Shown: positions 10,133 through 19,549, counted from the stretch's first letter. The stretch: DNA of 64,000 bases from Flavobacteriales bacterium (GCA_037625715.1 JASJHQ010000035.1:64497-128496), one strand, 5' to 3'. Made by a program: numbers and translations. Notes: a model not told the origin generated them from the sequence alone.

Positions 10133-11203
10133 TTATTTTGTTTTTTCTAATTCATTCATAATATCTACTAAAACCTGCACACTTTCTAGTGGAAGAGCAT
10201 TGTACATGGAAGCTCTAAATCCACCAACAGATCTATGTCCTTTTATTCCATTTATTCCATTGTCATCACATGATTTCAAAAACTCTGCTTCTAATTTGCT
10301 ATCATCTAATAAAAATGTAGCATTCATTTTAGATCGGTCACTTACCTCTGCTGCACCTTTAAAAATAGAACTATTATCAATTGTGCTATAGATGAGATTT
10401 GCTTTCTGCTCATTTCTTTTCTGAATCCAATCCAAACCACCATTTGATTTTAACCATCTCATTGTTAACATAGAAACATAGATAGAAAATACTGGAGGAG
10501 TATTAAACATACTTCCTTTAGAAATATGGGTTTTATAATCTAACATTGAAGGAATTGTTCTGCCAGTTTTTCCTAAAATTTCGTCTTTAACAATAACTAA
10601 AGTTGCACCAGCTGGGCCAAGGTTTTTTTGAGCACCAGCGTAGATTAAATCAAATTTTGAAATGTCAATATTTCTGCTGAATATGTCTGAAGACATGTCG
10701 CAAACTAATGGACAATCTACATTAACAAAGTCATTTATTTGAGTTCCGAAAATAGTATTGTTAGATGTACAGTGAAAATAATCTAATCCTTTTTCTAATT
10801 CAAATCCTTTAGGAATGTAGTTGTAGTTTTTATCTTTTGAGCTAGCCACAACATTTACATCACCAAATAGTTTTGCTTCATTAATTGCTTTAGAAGACCA
10901 AGTACCAGTATCTAAATAAGCAGCTTTTCCATTTGTTTTCATTAGATTGTAGCAAACCATTAGAAATTGCATACTAGCTCCACCTTGTAGAAAAACTACT
11001 GAATAACCCGAAGGAACGTTCAGAATTTCTTTAACAAGTTGTTCTGCCTCATCCATAACGTCAACAAATCCTTTGCTTCTGTGAGATATCTCAAGAAGAG
11101 AAAGGTTTGATTCGTTAAAGTTTAAAATTGATTTTGAAGCTTCCTGGAAAACGGAATCAGGAAGAATACAAGGACCTGCACTAAAATTGTGTTTTTTCAT
11201 CAT
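10133..11203 (-). CDS. serC: 3-phosphoserine/phosphohydroxythreonine aminotransferase
   Basis: 356 aa with the N-terminal FSAGPCILP and the PLP-lysine region YAGAQKNLGPAG. Confidence 0.92.
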   Translation of the reverse strand: MMKKHNFSAGPCILPDSVFQEASKSILNFNESNLSLLEISHRSKGFVDVMDEAEQLVKEILNVPSGYSVVFLQGGASMQFLMVCYNLMKTNGKAAYLDTGTWSSKAINEAKLFGDVNVVASSKDKNYNYIPKGFELEKGLDYFHCTSNNTIFGTQINDFVNVDCPLVCDMSSDIFSRNIDISKFDLIYAGAQKNLGPAGATLVIVKDEILGKTGRTIPSMLDYKTHISKGSMFNTPPVFSIYVSMLTMRWLKSNGGLDWIQKRNEQKANLIYSTIDNSSIFKGAAEVSDRSKMNATFLLDDSKLEAEFLKSCDDNGINGIKGHRSVGGFRASMYNALPLESVQVLVDIMNELEKTK

Positions 11204-11216
11204 TATTGTTTTTGAT

Positions 11217-12119
11217 CTAATTAGGCATTAAGCCAGTTCTTATTTTTCTTATTTTAGGTATATTTACTTTTTCGGTATTCTCTACGTCTCTTTTGAGCTT
11301 AAAAGAGCCGTTACTTAATTCGAATGCGTTAATACTCCCATCTGGCACATAATAGTCGTATAAGCCTTCCATTCCATCGTTAAGTGGAATAAGATTGCTT
11401 AATACAATTCTATCTTCTTTTTTCTTGAATTTAATCGATGCGGATGCATCTTCTTTATATTCAATGATATATCTGTTTAGCCTTTTTTTGTCAACTCTAA
11501 AAATAGGAGCTCCAAATACTAAATCTTTCTTAACGCTTAAAACGTCTATAACTTTAATATTACTTCTTTCATCGTTTCCATTCCAGCCTAATAGAACATA
11601 ATATTTTTTATTTCCTCTTTTAATTTCTTCCATTTGATAGTATAGAGCACCATACCAATTATTGTTTTCTAATTTAATGGACTCTACATTTTTCATTTCT
11701 CCACTTAGAGGAATTAATCTACTTACTTGATATTTGTTGGAAGAATTAAAGTATTGAACGATACCATGGTATTGATATGTGTTGTTATCAAGAGCAACTA
11801 TCCAGTTTATGATTCTAAGTTTTTTGTCTTTACTTGTAATTATAGGAAAGTTCTTAATGCTTTCGAACTTATGTTTTAAAGACTTCGGATTATCTAAAAT
11901 AAGATCCCATATTTCAACAAACTTTTCGTTAGCGGAAAATCGTTCTAACTCATTTTTTCCATTAAGTAGAATAGGAGAAATTTCATTGAGTTCTTGTTCG
12001 TATTGATCCAATGTTTTGTCTTGTCCGTAAGAAGAAATAGGAACAAGAAAGCTTAAAATAAAAAACCGCAGAATAGTAAGTCTAAATTCTGCGGTGTTAT
12101 ATGTTAGAATAGTAGACAT
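11217..12119 (-). CDS. hypothetical exported protein
   Basis: 300-aa ORF with a hydrophobic N-terminal signal-like segment (LRFFILSFLVPISSYGQ). No motif recognised. It is tightly packed between the ferredoxin gene and serC. Confidence 0.6.
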   Translation of the reverse strand: MSTILTYNTAEFRLTILRFFILSFLVPISSYGQDKTLDQYEQELNEISPILLNGKNELERFSANEKFVEIWDLILDNPKSLKHKFESIKNFPIITSKDKKLRIINWIVALDNNTYQYHGIVQYFNSSNKYQVSRLIPLSGEMKNVESIKLENNNWYGALYYQMEEIKRGNKKYYVLLGWNGNDERSNIKVIDVLSVKKDLVFGAPIFRVDKKRLNRYIIEYKEDASASIKFKKKEDRIVLSNLIPLNDGMEGLYDYYVPDGSINAFELSNGSFKLKRDVENTEKVNIPKIRKIRTGLMPN

Positions 12120-12467
12120 TTAGGCGTGTAAAAATTCCTTTTTAGCAAGAAGTTCGCTTTCACTTTCTACATTTTCTTCGTCAGGAATGCAGCAGTCAAC
12201 AGGGCAGACGGCAGCACATTGTGGTTCGTCATGAAAACCTATACATTCGGTACATTTATCAGTTGCAATATAATAAACATCAAAATCAACTGGGTCATTT
12301 GATGCGTCAGCATCAACACTTAAGCCAGACTTAGAATTAACAGTACCTTTCAGACTTGTTCCATCTGAAAATTGCCATTCAAGACCACCTTCATAAATTG
12401 CATTGTTAGGGCATTCAGGTTCGCATGCTCCACAGTTAATACACTCGTCAGAAATTTTAATAGCCAT
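12120..12467 (-). CDS. 2x[4Fe-4S] ferredoxin
   Basis: 115 aa with two cysteine clusters, [12 protein letters not shown] and [18 protein letters not shown]. The second has Cx2Cx8Cx3C spacing, as in Alvin-type ferredoxins. Confidence 0.88.
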   Translation of the reverse strand: MAIKISDECINCGACEPECPNNAIYEGGLEWQFSDGTSLKGTVNSKSGLSVDADASNDPVDFDVYYIATDKCTECIGFHDEPQCAAVCPVDCCIPDEENVESESELLAKKEFLHA

Positions 12468-12491
12468 ATCTTAATATTTCGATTTAGTTGT

Positions 12492-12499
12492 TAATTTTG
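12492..12499 (+). promoter_or_regulatory. -7 box TAATTTTG upstream of the LuxC-like acyl-CoA reductase gene
   Basis: Perfect TAnnTTTG, 22 nt upstream of ATG 12522. Confidence 0.45.
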
Positions 12500-12505
12500 T
12501 TGTTA

Positions 12506-12513
12506 CAAATATA
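12506..12513 (-). promoter_or_regulatory. -7 box TATATTTG upstream of the ferredoxin-led minus-strand gene string
   Basis: The plus strand reads caaatata, so the minus strand reads TATATTTG, 39 nt upstream of the ferredoxin ATG (12467). It interleaves with the divergent promoter box at 12492-12499. Confidence 0.4.
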
Positions 12514-12521
12514 ATAAGAAA

Positions 12522-13541
12522 ATGACTAAAGATGATAGAATAAATGCCTTTAAAAAGTTAGGCGATTTTTTGAGTAATTATACTCTAGAAATCGATTCTA
12601 ATTCAAGCCATCCTTTTGAAGTTGAGATACAAAGAAGTCAGATATATAACAAGTGGTTTACTAAGTCAAATGTAAGAAGTGCAATATCAGGCGTTTGCTA
12701 TATGTTATCCCAGCAAAGTCTTAATGAATGGATGAAAGACTATAAAGAACCATCACAACCTAAAACAGTTGCCGTTATTATGGCCGGTAATATTCCTATT
12801 GTAGGTTTTCATGATTTTTTGTCTGTGTTAATTTGTGGTCACTCTATAAAGGTTAAACTGTCTAAAGATGATAATAAACTATTTCCTTTAATTGTTGCTG
12901 AGTTGATTAATATTAATTCAGAATTTAAAGATTTAATAAGTTTTTCCGATAATAATTTAAAAGGTTTTGATGCAATTATTGCTACAGGATCTAATAATAG
13001 TAAAATCTATTTTGACAGTTATTTTTCTTCCTATCCTTCTTTAATAAGAGGTAATAGAACTTCTGTTGCTATTTTAAACGGACAAGAAACCTTGAAAGAA
13101 AGAAAGGGTTTAGCAAAAGATATATTCTCTTATTTCGGACTTGGCTGCAGAAGTATTACAAAAATATTTATTCCTAGAGATTATAATCTTGACCTATTGT
13201 TCGAAGTGTTTTATGAGTACAATGAGGTTAATTTAAATAACAAATACGCCAATAACTACGACTATAATAAGGCAATTTTTTTGATGGGTAGCAATGTTAT
13301 AATCGAAAATGGATTTATAATTTTAAAAGAAGATGATTCGTCGTTGCACTCCCCAGTTTCGGTATTGTATTATGAGTATTATGATGAGATTAGCTCAATA
13401 AGAAATCATGTAGACTCTTTAAGCGAAGAAATACAATGTGTTTGTGGGGAAGGGTATTTGCCCTTTGGAAAAGCCCAAATGCCAGAAATAGATGATTATG
13501 CTGATGGTGTAAATACAATTAATTTTCTAAGTAAAATTTAA
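12522..13541 (+). CDS. acyl-CoA reductase (LuxC-like) family protein
   Basis: 339 aa. I recognise this as the conserved flavobacterial LuxC-like gene found divergent from this ferredoxin. The call is from memory of synteny and overall similarity, with no search. Confidence 0.6.
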   Translation: MTKDDRINAFKKLGDFLSNYTLEIDSNSSHPFEVEIQRSQIYNKWFTKSNVRSAISGVCYMLSQQSLNEWMKDYKEPSQPKTVAVIMAGNIPIVGFHDFLSVLICGHSIKVKLSKDDNKLFPLIVAELININSEFKDLISFSDNNLKGFDAIIATGSNNSKIYFDSYFSSYPSLIRGNRTSVAILNGQETLKERKGLAKDIFSYFGLGCRSITKIFIPRDYNLDLLFEVFYEYNEVNLNNKYANNYDYNKAIFLMGSNVIIENGFIILKEDDSSLHSPVSVLYYEYYDEISSIRNHVDSLSEEIQCVCGEGYLPFGKAQMPEIDDYADGVNTINFLSKI

Positions 13542-15016
13542 TTTACTTTTTCATAAGCTCCTAAGTCTGGGCTTTGGTCTCTGTTAGCTCCTAAGATATC
13601 TGTTAAATTATTGGTAAGTTTTCCTTTGTTGATTGCTGTAGAGTTTGTCGATAGCTGAAAGTCGCCGTTTTGTACATCTTCAAATAGATTGAAATCAGAA
13701 TCAATTTTGATACTATTTGACTGATTTAAGCTAGAAAGACTTGAGTCAGGATGAAGTTTTAATAAACAATGATCAAACATATAATTAAATTCTGCGCCTA
13801 AATCTTCTTGAAGATTTAATTCGTTAACTAGGCTTCCAGAAAAAATACAATTAGTAAAAGTTGCATTGTCTAAATCTCGAGCTTGAATATTGCTATTTAT
13901 ATCTTCGTAATAATTATTAATTAAAATAGAAGGGGTGCTTCTGTTGCCGAATTGATGAAAGTCAGCAAACGTACAATGATTAAAATCATAATTTCCTCCA
14001 ATATTTAAAACAAGAGAATATCTCCCACTATTGCTTATTAAATTGTTTTGAGCTAAAACGGAAGATCCCTGAGCAAAGATTCCTATATCACTAGCGTTGT
14101 CAATAATAGTATTGCTAATTCTTAGAGTAGGAATAGTATTAGAGCCCAAGGTGTCGGCTTGCACACCTATAGTAGAGTTTTTAATAATGGCATAATTAAT
14201 TGTATTGTCAAAACTTCCTGATGAAATCCAGATTTTATCCCATTGACCAGGTGCATCTTTGTAATACTCATCCAATCTATCTCCTTGAAAGCTTACCTCA
14301 TTCCCTAGCTCTCCTAAAACAGATATTTTACCTCCGTTATTGTCTGTAAATAATGGGTTTCCAACAATTATTCCTGAATTATTATGAAAGTAAATGTTAG
14401 AACCAGCTTCGATTGTTAATTCAGCTCCAGGCTCTATAATAACATAACCGTAAACTACATGTGGAAGATCATTGGTCCAAGTAGTGTTTTGGTCTATCGA
14501 GTAATACGATGGAATGATGGTGTCGTTATTTGTTGTTATAATTATAATATCTTGTGGTTCTGCTAAATGAAAATTTGCATTTTGACCATAAGCGACTAGT
14601 TCCACATATTGGATGAAAGTATCTGTAGAAAATCGAATGGAGTCAGAAACAAGAAAGGGGAGAGGATTGCCTGAATTCGGATTAATGGTAGCCTCCACAA
14701 ACATAAAAATACTATCATTTGGAGGTATAGTTGTAGATGAAAAATCTTCGATGGGTTCTCCGTCAATGTTTATTCGATAAACACTTAAATTATTTTGGTT
14801 AACTAGTTCGATATCATTTATTTTGACGGGATAATTATTTTGATTAAAAACTTTAAATGTTTTTGTAATACTTCCAACGCTTGTGAAGACGGTGTCGAAA
14901 ATTATGCTATCGTTTGAAAATGCTAGCTGTCCGCCAGTTCCTTCTCCGAAAAACTCTTTTTTACAGGAGATGAAAAGAAGGGAAATAAATACAAAAAAGA
15001 ATATGTTTTTAATCAT
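13538..15016 (-). CDS. predicted lipoprotein with right-handed parallel beta-helix repeats (choice-of-anchor-Q-like)
   Basis: 492 aa with a signal plus lipobox (LLFISC). It has N/G/I-rich repetitive segments typical of beta-helix proteins and a C-terminal PDLGAYE motif. Confidence 0.6.
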   Translation of the reverse strand: MIKNIFFFVFISLLFISCKKEFFGEGTGGQLAFSNDSIIFDTVFTSVGSITKTFKVFNQNNYPVKINDIELVNQNNLSVYRINIDGEPIEDFSSTTIPPNDSIFMFVEATINPNSGNPLPFLVSDSIRFSTDTFIQYVELVAYGQNANFHLAEPQDIIIITTNNDTIIPSYYSIDQNTTWTNDLPHVVYGYVIIEPGAELTIEAGSNIYFHNNSGIIVGNPLFTDNNGGKISVLGELGNEVSFQGDRLDEYYKDAPGQWDKIWISSGSFDNTINYAIIKNSTIGVQADTLGSNTIPTLRISNTIIDNASDIGIFAQGSSVLAQNNLISNSGRYSLVLNIGGNYDFNHCTFADFHQFGNRSTPSILINNYYEDINSNIQARDLDNATFTNCIFSGSLVNELNLQEDLGAEFNYMFDHCLLKLHPDSSLSSLNQSNSIKIDSDFNLFEDVQNGDFQLSTNSTAINKGKLTNNLTDILGANRDQSPDLGAYEKVN

Positions 15017-15077
15017 TGATATTTGTTGTTTAGCTTATAACGAATGTAACGTTTGCAATAGTATAACTTAAATTAGA

Positions 15078-15108
15078 TCGAAAGGAGTTTGTAAATTATC
15101 GATAAGTG
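15078..15108 (+). promoter_or_regulatory. Bacteroidota sigma-A type promoter for rpmE2 (-33 TTTG, 19-nt spacer, -7 TATATTTG)
   Basis: TTTG at 15078-15081 and TATATTTG at 15101-15108, 32 nt upstream of the ATG. This matches the TTTG-N19-21-TAnnTTTG consensus established for Bacteroides and Flavobacterium promoters. Confidence 0.6.
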
Positions 15109-15140
15109 TTTATATTTGCAGCCGCTAATTTAAGATAAAA

Positions 15141-15395
15141 ATGAAAAAGGGAATACATCCAGAAAATTATAGACTTGTAGTTATGAAAGATTTGTCAACT
15201 GGTTATACAGTGCTGACAAAGTCAACTGCAGACACAAAAGAAACTATAAAGTGGGAAGATGGAAACGAATATCCATTAATTAAAATGGAGATTTCTTCTG
15301 ACTCTCATCCTTTCTATACAGGGAAAATGAAACTTGTCGATACTGCAGGTAGAATTGACAAATTCAAAAACAAATACTCAAAATTTTCTAAATAA
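15141..15395 (+). CDS. rpmE2: 50S ribosomal protein L31, type B (no zinc-binding cysteines)
   Basis: 84 aa. [10 protein letters not shown]...HPFYTG is diagnostic of L31. The CxxC pairs are absent, so this is the type B form. Confidence 0.95.
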   Translation: MKKGIHPENYRLVVMKDLSTGYTVLTKSTADTKETIKWEDGNEYPLIKMEISSDSHPFYTGKMKLVDTAGRIDKFKNKYSKFSK

Positions 15396-15402
15396 ATTTA
15401 AT

Positions 15403-15433
15403 AAAAACAGTTGCTTAATTAGCAACTGTTTTT
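15403..15433. terminator. bidirectional hairpin terminator between rpmE2 (+) and pckA (-), overlapping the pckA 3' end
   Basis: An 11-bp perfect stem (aaacagttgct 15405-15415 pairs with agcaactgttt 15421-15431) with loop taatt. It is A-rich upstream and T-rich downstream. The right arm lies inside the last pckA codons. Confidence 0.75.
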
Positions 15434-16998
15434 ATTTTTGGAGCACTTGCTAATATTTCTTCATTAGCGAATTCTTTAAATTGCTCGAAATTCTTAACAA
15501 ATACTGTAGCTAATTCATTGGCTACTTTTTCGTATTCACTTTCGTCTGACCAAGTATTTTTCGCTTCTAATATCTCATTAGGTACTCCTTCACAATTTGT
15601 AGGATAGTTAAGTCCGAAAATAGGATCCTTATTGTATTCCACATTATTTAGTTTCCCGTTTAATGCAGATGAAATCATAGCTCTTGTATATTTCAGACTA
15701 ATTCTTTCTCCTGTTCCGTATTGTCCTCCTGACCAGCCAGTGTTAATAAGCCAAACATTTATATCGCCATCATTTAATTTATCACCAAGCAATTCTGCAT
15801 ATTTGGTAGGATGAAGCGGAAGGAAAGGAGCACCAAAACAAGCTGAAAAAGTAGTTTGCGGCTCATTTATCCCTTCTTCAGTACCAGCAATTTTTGCTGT
15901 ATATCCAGAAATGAAATGATACATTGCCTGACCAACGTCTAGTTTAGATATTGGAGGCAATACTCCAAACGCATCACACGTCAAGAAAAAGATATTTTTA
16001 GGTGAATCTCCTATTGAAGGATTTGCAATATTTCTGATATGATCAATAGGGTAACTAACTCTTGTGTTTTGAGTTACGGAAGTGTTTTCAAAATCAACAA
16101 CATTGCTATTGTTTTTAAAACGAATATTTTCTAATAAAGCTCCAGGTTTAATTGCATTAAATATATCTGGTTCTTTTTCTTGACTTAGGTCAATGCATTT
16201 TGCGTAACAACCTCCTTCAAAGTTAAATACCGTATTGTCGCTCCATCCGTGTTCATCATCTCCAATTAAAAGACGATCTGGGTCAGCTGATAAAGTTGTT
16301 TTACCGGTTCCTGAAAGTCCAAAGAAAATAGCAGTATCGCCTTCTTTGCCAATGTTTGCAGAGCAATGCATTGATAAAACATTCTTTTCATGAGGAAGTA
16401 GGAAGTTTAAAACAGAGAAAATTCCTTTTTTAATTTCTCCAGTATAACCTGTTCCACCAATTAAAATAATCTTTTTGGTGAAATTTATAATTGCAAAATT
16501 ATGCTGTCTTGTACCATCAATTGCTGGGTCAGCTTTAAATGAAGGAACATTTAAGATTAACCAATCCTCTTTGAAGTCTTTAAGCTCTTCTTGAGTAGGT
16601 CTTAAGAACATATTATAAGCAAACATGTTTGACCATGGGTACTCATTAACAACTCTTATATTAAGCTTAAAATTAGAGTCGGCACAAGCGTAAGAGTCTC
16701 TTACGTAAACTTCTTTATTTTCTAGGTGCTTACAAGCCTTATCGTATAACTTATCAAAGTTTTTTGAATCGAAAGGAATATTTACATCTCCCCACCAAAC
16801 ACTATCTGTTGTTATATCATCTTTTACAACAAATCTATCTTTTGGAGAACGACCTGTAAACTCTCCAGTATCCACAGAAATTGCTCCTGTGTTAGTTTCT
16901 TTTGCTTGCTTTAAATTAATAGAAATTTCAGCAAGTTTTTCTGGTGATAAATTCCAATGAGAATCAGAATTATAAATACCATACTTTTCTAATGACAT
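15415..16998 (-). CDS. pckA: phosphoenolpyruvate carboxykinase (ATP)
   Basis: 527 aa with the kinase-1a motif FFGLSGTGKTTLSADP and the IGDDEHGW motif. Confidence 0.95.
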   Translation of the reverse strand: MSLEKYGIYNSDSHWNLSPEKLAEISINLKQAKETNTGAISVDTGEFTGRSPKDRFVVKDDITTDSVWWGDVNIPFDSKNFDKLYDKACKHLENKEVYVRDSYACADSNFKLNIRVVNEYPWSNMFAYNMFLRPTQEELKDFKEDWLILNVPSFKADPAIDGTRQHNFAIINFTKKIILIGGTGYTGEIKKGIFSVLNFLLPHEKNVLSMHCSANIGKEGDTAIFFGLSGTGKTTLSADPDRLLIGDDEHGWSDNTVFNFEGGCYAKCIDLSQEKEPDIFNAIKPGALLENIRFKNNSNVVDFENTSVTQNTRVSYPIDHIRNIANPSIGDSPKNIFFLTCDAFGVLPPISKLDVGQAMYHFISGYTAKIAGTEEGINEPQTTFSACFGAPFLPLHPTKYAELLGDKLNDGDINVWLINTGWSGGQYGTGERISLKYTRAMISSALNGKLNNVEYNKDPIFGLNYPTNCEGVPNEILEAKNTWSDESEYEKVANELATVFVKNFEQFKEFANEEILASAPKIKTVAN

Positions 16999-17023
16999 AT
17001 GTTGTAGTAATAGTTAGCAGCAG

Positions 17024-17031
17024 CAAATTTA
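17024..17031 (-). promoter_or_regulatory. -7 box TAAATTTG upstream of pckA
   Basis: The plus strand reads caaattta, so the minus strand reads TAAATTTG, 25 nt upstream of the pckA ATG. No clear -33 TTG. Confidence 0.45.
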
Positions 17032-17090
17032 TAATTTATAATTGCCACTAAAAGTTTAATAAATACTTTTTTATTATTTTTTTTAACAAC

Positions 17091-17474
17091 CTATTTTTTA
17101 TAATTATATAATGATAAAAACAGGGCTACCCATGAGCCAATTAGAATTAAGCCGCCAATAGGAGTTACTGGCCATAAAAAAGTCGTTTTAAAAGCCAATA
17201 ATTGTTGACAAGAAAGTAAATAAATTGAAAATGAAAAGCATACTATTCCAATAATAAATAATGAAGAAATTAATTTTTCAGATTTAATTTCCTCACTATT
17301 AAAACCAATAATGATTAATGCTAAAGCATGAATCATTTGGTATCTTATGCCTGTGTCGAATGACTGAATCTGTTTAAGAGTTAAAATTTCGCTAATGCTA
17401 TGTTTGAAAAATGCTCCTAAAACAATAGATGTTATCATTAAAATGATTCCGATTTTAATAGTTGATTTGTTCAT
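17091..17474 (-). CDS. DUF423 domain-containing membrane protein
   Basis: 127 aa with four TM segments. Size and pattern fit the YgdD/DUF423 family. Confidence 0.65.
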   Translation of the reverse strand: MNKSTIKIGIILMITSIVLGAFFKHSISEILTLKQIQSFDTGIRYQMIHALALIIIGFNSEEIKSEKLISSLFIIGIVCFSFSIYLLSCQQLLAFKTTFLWPVTPIGGLILIGSWVALFLSLYNYKK

Positions 17475-17534
17475 ATATTTTTTGAATGTATTATATGCTA
17501 AATTACATATCTTAGCTTTTTAATAACAAGTATT

Positions 17535-18851
17535 ATGAAACAAATTTTAGTGGTCGGAGCAGGTCGTTCAGCTTCCTCTTTAATAGAATATTTAGTAAGC
17601 CGTGCTGCTAAAAATAATTGGTTTGTAGTTGTTGCTGACTATGATTTGAAATTATCAGAATCTAAAGTTTCCAATTCGGAAAACTCATCAGCTATTTCAT
17701 TTGATGTTAACAACAAAGAGCAAAGAGAGAAAATGGTTTCTAGCTCAGAATTGGTTGTTTCAATGCTTCCGGCTCACATGCATATATTGCTTGCTAGTGA
17801 CTGTATTAAGTTTGGTAAAAATATGGTTACAGCTTCTTATGTTTCTGACCAAATTAAGAGTCTTCATAATCAAGCAATCGAAAAAGACATTATTATTTTA
17901 AATGAAATAGGTCTAGATCCTGGGATTGATCATATGTCTGCTAAAAAGATGATTGACAAAGTACATGAAAAAGGTGGTGAAATTAATAGTTTTAAGTCTT
18001 TTTGTGGCGGATTGGTTGCTCCTGAGTTTGATAATAATCCTTGGAATTATAAATTTACATGGAACCCTAGAAATGTAGTTTTAGCTGGTCAGTCTACTGC
18101 TATGTACATTCATAATAGAGAATATAAATATATACCATACCACAGCCTTTTCACTAGAATTGAAGAAGTAGAGATTTTAAGCGAAGGAGTTTTCGAAGCT
18201 TACGCAAATAGAGATTCTCTTTCTTATAGAGAGATTTATGATCTTCCTAATATTGCAACAATGTTGAGAGGTACACTTAGAAAAAAAGGATTTTGTAGTG
18301 CTTGGAATATTTTTGTACAACTAGGAATGACCGATGATAGCTTTCAAATCTCTAATTCAGATAATATGACTTGGAGATCGTTTTTGAATTCTTTTCTTGA
18401 TTATGATGATCAACATTCTGTAGAACAAAAGCTGATTAATAATTTATCAGTTACTGATGAAGAATTAAAAAAATTAGAGTGGTTAGGTATTTTAAGTGAG
18501 GAGAGAATTAATCTTTCTAAAGGTACTCCAGCTCAGTTTTTACAAGAATTGCTAGAGTCTAAATTGAATCTTGATAAAGGCGATAAGGATATGATAGTAA
18601 TGCAGCATCAGCTCGAATTTACCATTTCAAATCAATCTAAAAAATTAACATCTTCATTAGTCTTGAAGGGAGTTGATGATTTGAATACGGCAATGAGTAT
18701 GACTGTAGGTCTTCCTGTTGCAATAGCAACCGAACTTATTTTAAATAATAAAATTTCTAAAAAGGGAGTAGTTATTCCAATTCATAAAGAAATTTACAAT
18801 CCTGTATTAGAAAAGTTAAAAGAATTTGGAATTGAGTTTATAGAGGAATAG
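17535..18851 (+). CDS. saccharopine dehydrogenase family protein
   Basis: 438 aa with an N-terminal Rossmann motif ILVVGAGRSASS and the GLDPGIDHM motif of the saccharopine dehydrogenase family. Confidence 0.8.
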   Translation: MKQILVVGAGRSASSLIEYLVSRAAKNNWFVVVADYDLKLSESKVSNSENSSAISFDVNNKEQREKMVSSSELVVSMLPAHMHILLASDCIKFGKNMVTASYVSDQIKSLHNQAIEKDIIILNEIGLDPGIDHMSAKKMIDKVHEKGGEINSFKSFCGGLVAPEFDNNPWNYKFTWNPRNVVLAGQSTAMYIHNREYKYIPYHSLFTRIEEVEILSEGVFEAYANRDSLSYREIYDLPNIATMLRGTLRKKGFCSAWNIFVQLGMTDDSFQISNSDNMTWRSFLNSFLDYDDQHSVEQKLINNLSVTDEELKKLEWLGILSEERINLSKGTPAQFLQELLESKLNLDKGDKDMIVMQHQLEFTISNQSKKLTSSLVLKGVDDLNTAMSMTVGLPVAIATELILNNKISKKGVVIPIHKEIYNPVLEKLKEFGIEFIEE

Positions 18852-18852
18852 T

Positions 18853-19548
18853 CTAAAAGTGAAGATAAAAATCTTTACATAGACTTATGTATTCATCAGT
18901 ATATTGGTGTCTTGCGTGTTCTATTGTTAATGATTCCTCTTTTACTTCTTGTTTTTTTCTAGAAATTTCCATTAGTACGCGTTTTACCTGACTATCCTGA
19001 TTTCCCTTTACTAAACAAATTCTATTAATATATAAGGGGATATTGTCGATAGTCTTTTTAATTCCATCGATTTGGTCAAAAGGAAGAACTAAAGCTATAA
19101 TGCCATCTTCATTAAGTAAATTTCCACTTTTATTTATTAGGTCATTTATATGAAGTGAATCATCGTGTCTGGCTAATTTCCTTTTATTGGAATTTGGTTT
19201 AGTTGTTCCATTGAAAAAGGGAGGGTTACTCACTATAAGATCAAATTTTTGCTTCGTTTGAAAATCTAAAAATGATTGGTGAAAAGACTGCAATCTATTG
19301 CTCCATTCTGATTGGTTAAAGTTGAAACTACTTTCTAGGGCTGCATCTTCATTTATTTCAATAGAATAGATTTTTGCCTTGTTAAATCTTTGAGCCATCA
19401 TTAATGAGATTAACCCAGTGCCAGAGCCAATGTCTAAAATGGTTTTAGGATTTAATGGGCTTACCCAAGCACCAATAAGCACGCCATCAGTACCAACCTT
19501 CATAGCAGAATTTTCTTGACGAATGGAGAATTGTTTGAAGCGAAACAA
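18853..19548 (-). CDS. tRNA1(Val) (adenine37-N6)-methyltransferase (YfiC/TrmN6-like)
   Basis: 231 aa. The N-terminus FRFKQFSIRQENSAMKVGTDGVLIGAW, the SAM motif DIGSGTG and the N6-adenine motif SNPPFF support the call. Confidence 0.75.
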   Translation of the reverse strand: MFRFKQFSIRQENSAMKVGTDGVLIGAWVSPLNPKTILDIGSGTGLISLMMAQRFNKAKIYSIEINEDAALESSFNFNQSEWSNRLQSFHQSFLDFQTKQKFDLIVSNPPFFNGTTKPNSNKRKLARHDDSLHINDLINKSGNLLNEDGIIALVLPFDQIDGIKKTIDNIPLYINRICLVKGNQDSQVKRVLMEISRKKQEVKEESLTIEHARHQYTDEYISLCKDFYLHF

Positions 19549-19549
19549 G

